Source: Desulfuromonadales bacterium (lineage in GTDB: Bacteria > Desulfobacterota > Desulfuromonadia > Desulfuromonadales > DASPGW01). From it: a DNA stretch of 46,076 nt. The stretch covers positions 1-46,076 of the forward strand of contig DASPGW010000043.1 of assembly GCA_035620395.1 (NCBI GenBank), read 5' to 3'. The position numbers were made by a program, and so were the translations under genes. Each line of letters opens with the position of its first letter. The first letter of the stretch is position 1. Below are positions 42,167 to 46,076 of the stretch, piece after piece. The notes beneath the pieces are model-generated. The model saw only the letters and a list, made by a program, of their open reading frames with translations, did no database searches and was not told the DNA's origin.

Positions 42167-42275
42167 TTCTCTTCGGAGACCCGGCTATCCGTCCCGCCTT
42201 AGCTGTTGCTTCGGTGGGCGAGGACCCGTGGTTTTGCGTCGCCGGATTTCTCCGGGTTTGCCGTTTCGGAGACTT
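42167..42275 (-). promoter_or_regulatory. GEMM-I riboswitch aptamer, copy 3 (upstream member of the tandem pair)
   Basis: The minus-strand RNA is GUCUCCGAAACGGCAAACCCGGAGAAAUCCGGCGACGCAAAACCACGGGUCCUCGCCCACCGAAGCAACAGCUAAGGCGGGACGGAUAGCCGGGUCUCCGAAGAGAAG. It is near-identical to copy 2 over about 58 nt. It reads GCAAAACC instead of GCAAAGCC. Confidence 0.8.
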
Positions 42276-42297
42276 GAAACTTTACTCGTACGCCCAA

Positions 42298-42325
42298 AAT
42301 ATACCGCAGGTAAAAATGCTGTCAA
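42298..42325 (-). promoter_or_regulatory. candidate sigma-70 promoter of the tandem-riboswitch transcript
   Basis: On the minus strand: TTGACA (rc of 42320-42325), 16-nt spacer, TATATT (rc of 42298-42303), about 20 nt before aptamer 3. Confidence 0.6.
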
Positions 42326-42352
42326 GTAAATAATTTTTTGACGAAATTTCGA

Positions 42353-42385
42353 ACAAAAAAACCCCTCCGGTGTCCCGGAGGGGTG
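42353..42385 (-). terminator. strong rho-independent terminator of the CoA-transferase gene
   Basis: The minus-strand RNA reads ACCCCUCCGG-gaca-CCGGAGGGGU followed by UUUUUUU. Confidence 0.85.
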
Positions 42386-42416
42386 TCTGCACTGCATCGC
42401 AGGTGAATGGTCAGAA

Positions 42417-44012
42417 TTATTCGCAGAGGTCGATCTTGACGTCCCAGTTCTTGATCTTCATGGTACCGTTCTTCTCGAGGTTGAGATGCATCTTGAAGGC
42501 GCGGTCCCAGAGTTGCGGCTCGTGGCCGACCTTGCGGCGCAGGCAGTCGGCCTTGGCCATTTCGAAGTACTCGGTGAGAATCGGCTTGTAGTCCGGGTGG
42601 GCGCACTTGTCGATGATGACTTTGGCGCGGTCGCGCGGGCAGAGGCCACGCACGTCGGCCAGGCCCTGCTCGGTAATCACACAGTCCAGGTCATGCTCGG
42701 TGTGGTCGATGTGCGAGCAGTGCGGCACGACGCAGGAGATACCGGTCGGGTCGGTCTTGGACGGACGGCTCGAGGGGGTGTGCATCATCTTCAGGAAGCC
42801 GTTGCGGAGGAAGTCGCCCGAGCCGCCGAGGCCGTTGATCATGCGGGTGCCGCCGACCAGAGTCGAGTTGGCGTGCGCGTAGATGTCGATCTCGACCGGA
42901 GTGTTCATGGCGATGCACCCGAGACGGCGGATCGGCTCAGGCGCATTGGAGATCGACAGGGGGCGCAGGGTGCACTTGCCGAAGTACTTGTCCCAGTTGT
43001 CGAAGAAGCGGGGGAAGCCCGGGCTTTCGGACAGGGAGAGGGAGCAGGCGGAGGCGGCATCGCACTTGCCGGCGTCGAACAGGTCGAGAATGGTGTCCTG
43101 CAGCACCTCGGTGTAGACGGTCAGGTTCTTGAAGGGGCCCTTGGCCAGTCCGCCGATAACGGCGTTGGCGATGGAGCCGACGCCCGACTGGATCGGCAGC
43201 AGGTTTTTCGGGAGACGGCCAGCTTTCACTTCCGTCTGGAAGAAATCGATGATGTGGTTGGCGATCGCTTCGGAGGTGTCGTCCTGCTCGGCAAAGGCGC
43301 GGCCCTTGTCGCGGAGCTTCGACTCGACGACGGCAATGACCTTGCTCGGGTCGCAGGGGACGAAGGTGGTCCCGACGCGATCGTCGGTTCTGGTGATGCC
43401 TATGACCTGACGGTTCGGCGGGTTATTGGAGCAGATGATGTCGTGAATCCCTTCGAAGGAGGGCTGGCCGATGTTGACCTCGAGGATGATCTTGTCGCAC
43501 ATCATCAGGATTTCGGGAATGACGCCGCAGGAAGAGGTCGGCACCAGGCCGCCGTCCTCGGTGATCGCCGAAACCTCGATGATGCCGATGTCGAGCTTGC
43601 CGGTCGGGGAGTCCTTGGTGTAGAAGCCGTAGCCGAGGTCCTGGGCGAAGAGGGAGAGGTGCTTGTCGCCCATGCGGATGCGGCCTTCGTTGATACCGGC
43701 GGCGATATTCTTGCCGGTCTGATAGGGCCAGCGGCGGTCGATCATGTCGAGGGTCGCCCAGCGGTCCTCGGTCTCGGCGCCGACCGAGGCCCCGATGAAG
43801 AGATTGAACTTCCACTTGCCCTGCAGGTTGTTCTTCTCGACGTGGTTGGCCAGCGCGATGGGGACCACTTTCGGGTAACCGGCGGGGGTGAAGCCGGACC
43901 AGCCGAGATTCATCCCGGGTTTGAAGAACTGGACGGTCTGCTCAGGGGTCATCACCTTGTTGAGCAGCGACTTGCAACGTACCCGGTCTTGCAGTGTACC
44001 GTAATCAGACAT
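42417..44012 (-). CDS. acetyl-CoA hydrolase/transferase family enzyme (succinyl-CoA:acetate CoA-transferase-like)
   Basis: The 531-aa protein has NLGWSGFTPAGYPKVVP, IQSGVGSIANAV and INGLGGSGDFLRNG, typical of the AcetylCoA_hydro N/C domains (Ach1/AarC/Cat1-like). Confidence 0.85.
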   Translation of the reverse strand: MSDYGTLQDRVRCKSLLNKVMTPEQTVQFFKPGMNLGWSGFTPAGYPKVVPIALANHVEKNNLQGKWKFNLFIGASVGAETEDRWATLDMIDRRWPYQTGKNIAAGINEGRIRMGDKHLSLFAQDLGYGFYTKDSPTGKLDIGIIEVSAITEDGGLVPTSSCGVIPEILMMCDKIILEVNIGQPSFEGIHDIICSNNPPNRQVIGITRTDDRVGTTFVPCDPSKVIAVVESKLRDKGRAFAEQDDTSEAIANHIIDFFQTEVKAGRLPKNLLPIQSGVGSIANAVIGGLAKGPFKNLTVYTEVLQDTILDLFDAGKCDAASACSLSLSESPGFPRFFDNWDKYFGKCTLRPLSISNAPEPIRRLGCIAMNTPVEIDIYAHANSTLVGGTRMINGLGGSGDFLRNGFLKMMHTPSSRPSKTDPTGISCVVPHCSHIDHTEHDLDCVITEQGLADVRGLCPRDRAKVIIDKCAHPDYKPILTEYFEMAKADCLRRKVGHEPQLWDRAFKMHLNLEKNGTMKIKNWDVKIDLCE

Positions 44013-44234
44013 CTCTCTCCTCCTGCTGTAGTGTGGCGGTGGCGCCCGAAATGGTGCGTTCCGAACAGGTTCACTCGGGCCAATTTAAGGCAGATTCAAA
44101 TGCTTTCAGGAAAACCGGCTCTGGGAGCCGAATATCATTAAAAACAGGAATTTATAAATAAAATCACCAGGTAGGGCGTGGCGGCGAAATCGGCTCGGCG
44201 ACGATTTTAAAATTCCGTTATACGAATGCCGTTT

Positions 44235-44263
44235 TTTATATAATGGCGTAAACGGCAAGTCAA
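44235..44263 (-). promoter_or_regulatory. candidate sigma-70 promoter of the CoA-transferase gene (implies a leader of about 210 nt)
   Basis: On the minus strand: TTGACT (rc of 44258-44263), 17-nt spacer, TATAAA (rc of 44235-44240). Confidence 0.45.
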
Positions 44264-44325
44264 GCAAAAAGAGTTCTTATCCCATTTGTGGTATTCGGTC
44301 AGCCTGAATTTTTTCCTGGGGCGGA

Positions 44326-44358
44326 AAATAAAAAAAGCGCCATTATCTGCATGGCGCT
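44326..44358 (-). terminator. rho-independent terminator of bamD
   Basis: The minus-strand RNA reads GCGCCAU-gcagaua-AUGGCGC followed by UUUUUUUAUUUU. Confidence 0.8.
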
Positions 44359-44381
44359 TTCGGGTGGCTGGATGGCGGGGA

Positions 44382-45119
44382 TCAGTCGAGCTTGCCAGCG
44401 ATTTTTTGTGCCTCCTTGATGTATTTGCTCTGCGGGAATTCATTGAAAAGAGTGTTGAAGGCGGCGTCCGCCTGCTGGCGCTCGCCGATTTTCAGGTAGG
44501 CCTGTCCCAGGTAGAAATAGACCCGGTCCCGGTGGGCGTAGTCGGGATAGAGTGAGAAAATGCCCTGCATCCGGTGGATGGCCGCCTGGTAGGCGCCGGT
44601 ACGCAGGTAGAAGTGTCCGACCTGGAGCTCGTGTTCGGCCAGGCGGTCACGGCACCGGGCAATGAGAACTTGCGCCTCCGGCTTTTTCGGGTCGGCGGGA
44701 AATCGCTTCACCAGGCTTTCAAAGGTTGCCAAGGCGTTGCGGGTCGCCGTCTGATCCCGGTCCGCGGCGAGTATCTGGTTGTAGTAGGACATCCCCAGTT
44801 GGAAGAGGACCTGTGGGGTGCGCTCGTGGTCGGGGTGCTGCTTGAGAAAGTCTTCATAGGCCGCCGCCGCTTCGACGAACTCTTTCGCCAGAAAATGGGC
44901 CTCGGCGATCTTCAACTCCGCCACAATGTTGAGTTCGGGAGAGAAAAAGGCTTCCCGCACCTTTTCCCACGAGGCGATGGCCTGCTCGTATTGCCCATTG
45001 TCGAAATAGCGTTCGCCTTCCTGCAGATAATACTCGGCCGTTTTTGGCTGGGTGGCCTTGGTGGAGGCGCATGCGGTAGCGAGGAGCAAGAAAACCGCCA
45101 GAAAAAGCAATCGTTTCAT
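44382..45119 (-). CDS. bamD: outer-membrane protein assembly factor BamD (TPR lipoprotein)
   Basis: The signal peptide has a lipobox-like LLLATAC. TPR repeats include YYLQEGERYFDNGQYEQAIASWEKV, AEAHFLAKEFVEAAAAYEDFLKQHPDH and HFYLRTGAYQAAIHR. Confidence 0.85.
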   Translation of the reverse strand: MKRLLFLAVFLLLATACASTKATQPKTAEYYLQEGERYFDNGQYEQAIASWEKVREAFFSPELNIVAELKIAEAHFLAKEFVEAAAAYEDFLKQHPDHERTPQVLFQLGMSYYNQILAADRDQTATRNALATFESLVKRFPADPKKPEAQVLIARCRDRLAEHELQVGHFYLRTGAYQAAIHRMQGIFSLYPDYAHRDRVYFYLGQAYLKIGERQQADAAFNTLFNEFPQSKYIKEAQKIAGKLD

Positions 45120-45163
45120 CGAGGGTCTACCCTTTGCGTCAGAATTCTAACATCCCGAAGAAG

Positions 45164-46030
45164 CTAAGGGATGCGCCGGAATTTGTCAACGCCATTCGCC
45201 AGCGCTCCTTTCAACTTCTCCAGGGCGTTCTTTTCCAGCTGCCGGATTCTCTCCCGGCTTATGCCATACTCTTCAGCCAGTTCCTGGAGAGTCCGCGGGT
45301 GGTCGCTGAGGATTCGGTCGTGGACAATCCGCCGCTCCCGCTCATTGAGGCGCTCGAGGGCCTGCTGCACGCGGTCCGAGAGCAGGGTCTGCTCTTCGCG
45401 CTGCAGCAGTTGGTCCTCCTGGTTATGGCGGTCATCGGCCAGCGAATCCATCAGTGTATAGTTTTCCCCCTCATTCAGTTCAAGATCGAGAGAGGTGTCG
45501 CGGGCGCCCAGGCGCAGCGTCATCTCCGCGACCTCTTCATCTCGTACGTGCAGCCGGCGCGCCACTTCTTCCAGGTCGTCCTCGCCGCCGGTGTGCCGGC
45601 GGATCGCCTCGCGGGCCTGGCTCAGCTTGAAGAAAAGGCGCTTCTGCGCCTGGGTCGTGCCGATCTTGACCAGCGACCAGCTGCGGATGATGAAACTCTG
45701 AATGTAGGCGCGGATCCACCAGACGGCGTAGGTGATGAGGCGGATGCCACGCTCCGGATCGAACTTTTTGACCGCCATCATCAGGCCGATGTTCCCCTCC
45801 TGGACAAGGTCGAGGCCTTTCATGCCGTAGGCGCGATACTCGTTGGCAATCTTGACGACAAAGCGCAGGTTGGCGCAGATCAACCGGTGTGCAGCCTCCA
45901 GATCGCCTCGCCGCCGGTAGCGCATGGCCAGTTCGTACTCCTCTTCCCGGGAGAGCAGGTCGAAGCGGCTGATCTGGGCCAGGTAATGGTCCCAGGTGTC
46001 GATGACAACAGGCAGATGGAACGTGCTCAT
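45164..46030 (-). CDS. rpoH: RNA polymerase sigma-32 factor RpoH
   Basis: Region 2 has LRFVVKIANEYRAYGMKGLDLVQEGNIGLMMAVKKFDPERGIRLITYAVWWIRAYI. An RpoH-box-like GTTQAQKRLFFKL is present. Region 4.2 has TLQELAEEYGISRERIRQLEKNAL. Confidence 0.9.
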   Translation of the reverse strand: MSTFHLPVVIDTWDHYLAQISRFDLLSREEEYELAMRYRRRGDLEAAHRLICANLRFVVKIANEYRAYGMKGLDLVQEGNIGLMMAVKKFDPERGIRLITYAVWWIRAYIQSFIIRSWSLVKIGTTQAQKRLFFKLSQAREAIRRHTGGEDDLEEVARRLHVRDEEVAEMTLRLGARDTSLDLELNEGENYTLMDSLADDRHNQEDQLLQREEQTLLSDRVQQALERLNERERRIVHDRILSDHPRTLQELAEEYGISRERIRQLEKNALEKLKGALANGVDKFRRIP

Positions 46031-46076
46031 TGTGCTTATTTCCTCCGAAAGATCTTTAAAAACAAAAGATTAGCAC

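Noticed and set aside
41048-42275. The three aptamers could be called cGAMP-specific (GEMM-Ib), as in Geobacter exoelectrogenesis leaders.
   Set aside because: In my alignment, all three have G, not A, at the position equivalent to Vc2 G20. I therefore report them as GEMM-I with c-di-GMP as the default ligand. Specificity needs experimental testing.
1-46076. I searched by eye for CRISPR arrays, IS elements or transposases, prophage genes, and rRNA, tRNA, tmRNA, RNase P or SRP RNA genes.
   Set aside because: I found no regularly spaced direct repeats, no transposase or integrase-like ORFs other than xerC, and no cloverleaf or rRNA-like conserved stretches in the intergenic regions. Small structured RNAs cannot be excluded without covariance-model searches.

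Overview
This is a high-GC bacterial chromosomal segment. A sampled 60-nt line at 9001 counts 42/60 G+C. The gene content points to a Desulfuromonadales/Geobacter-like deltaproteobacterium (inference): acetate/succinate-type CoA-transferase, Aquifex-type aconitase, PpsA, RpoH-BamD, DUF362 ferredoxins, a c-type cytochrome and several GEMM-I riboswitches. I can support about 41 protein genes, 3 riboswitches, and several promoters and terminators. I found no rRNA, tRNA, CRISPR array, transposase or phage genes. Most of the window is housekeeping or stress genes (ppsA, aconitase, hsp20, MscS, peroxiredoxin, xerC, bamD, rpoH). Four regions deserve attention. (1) 1598-5888: an SPFH/band-7 membrane protein overlaps, out of frame, a 1121-aa protein with two AAA+ modules and a C-terminal Lon-type Ser-Lys protease domain. 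This is my best candidate for an undescribed scaffold-plus-protease system. (2) 11093-17490: a signal-peptide-bearing dikinase has the glucan-water-dikinase domain order (unknown N-domain, phospho-His swivel, C-terminal ATP-grasp). It is coupled to two secreted class-A beta-lactamase-fold proteins and sits next to an ADP/ATP-translocase-like carrier. (3) About 22.0-28.6 kb: a lower-GC accessory islet holds an alkyl sulfatase, a small conserved protein, a TacA/TacT-like GNAT toxin-antitoxin pair and a tautomerase-MFS-LysR cassette. It ends at a truncated EamA gene. (4) 33.5-42.4 kb: a lower-GC archaic (Csu/spore-coat-U type) chaperone-usher pilus locus has an usher fused to an OmpA-like domain and is followed by YdjC-deacetylase and GT4 genes. 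It is preceded by three GEMM-I (c-di-GMP class) riboswitches, two of them in tandem with different expression platforms. Coordinates of small motifs were counted by hand and may be off by 1-2 nt. CDS coordinates follow the ORF track, with starts re-evaluated.
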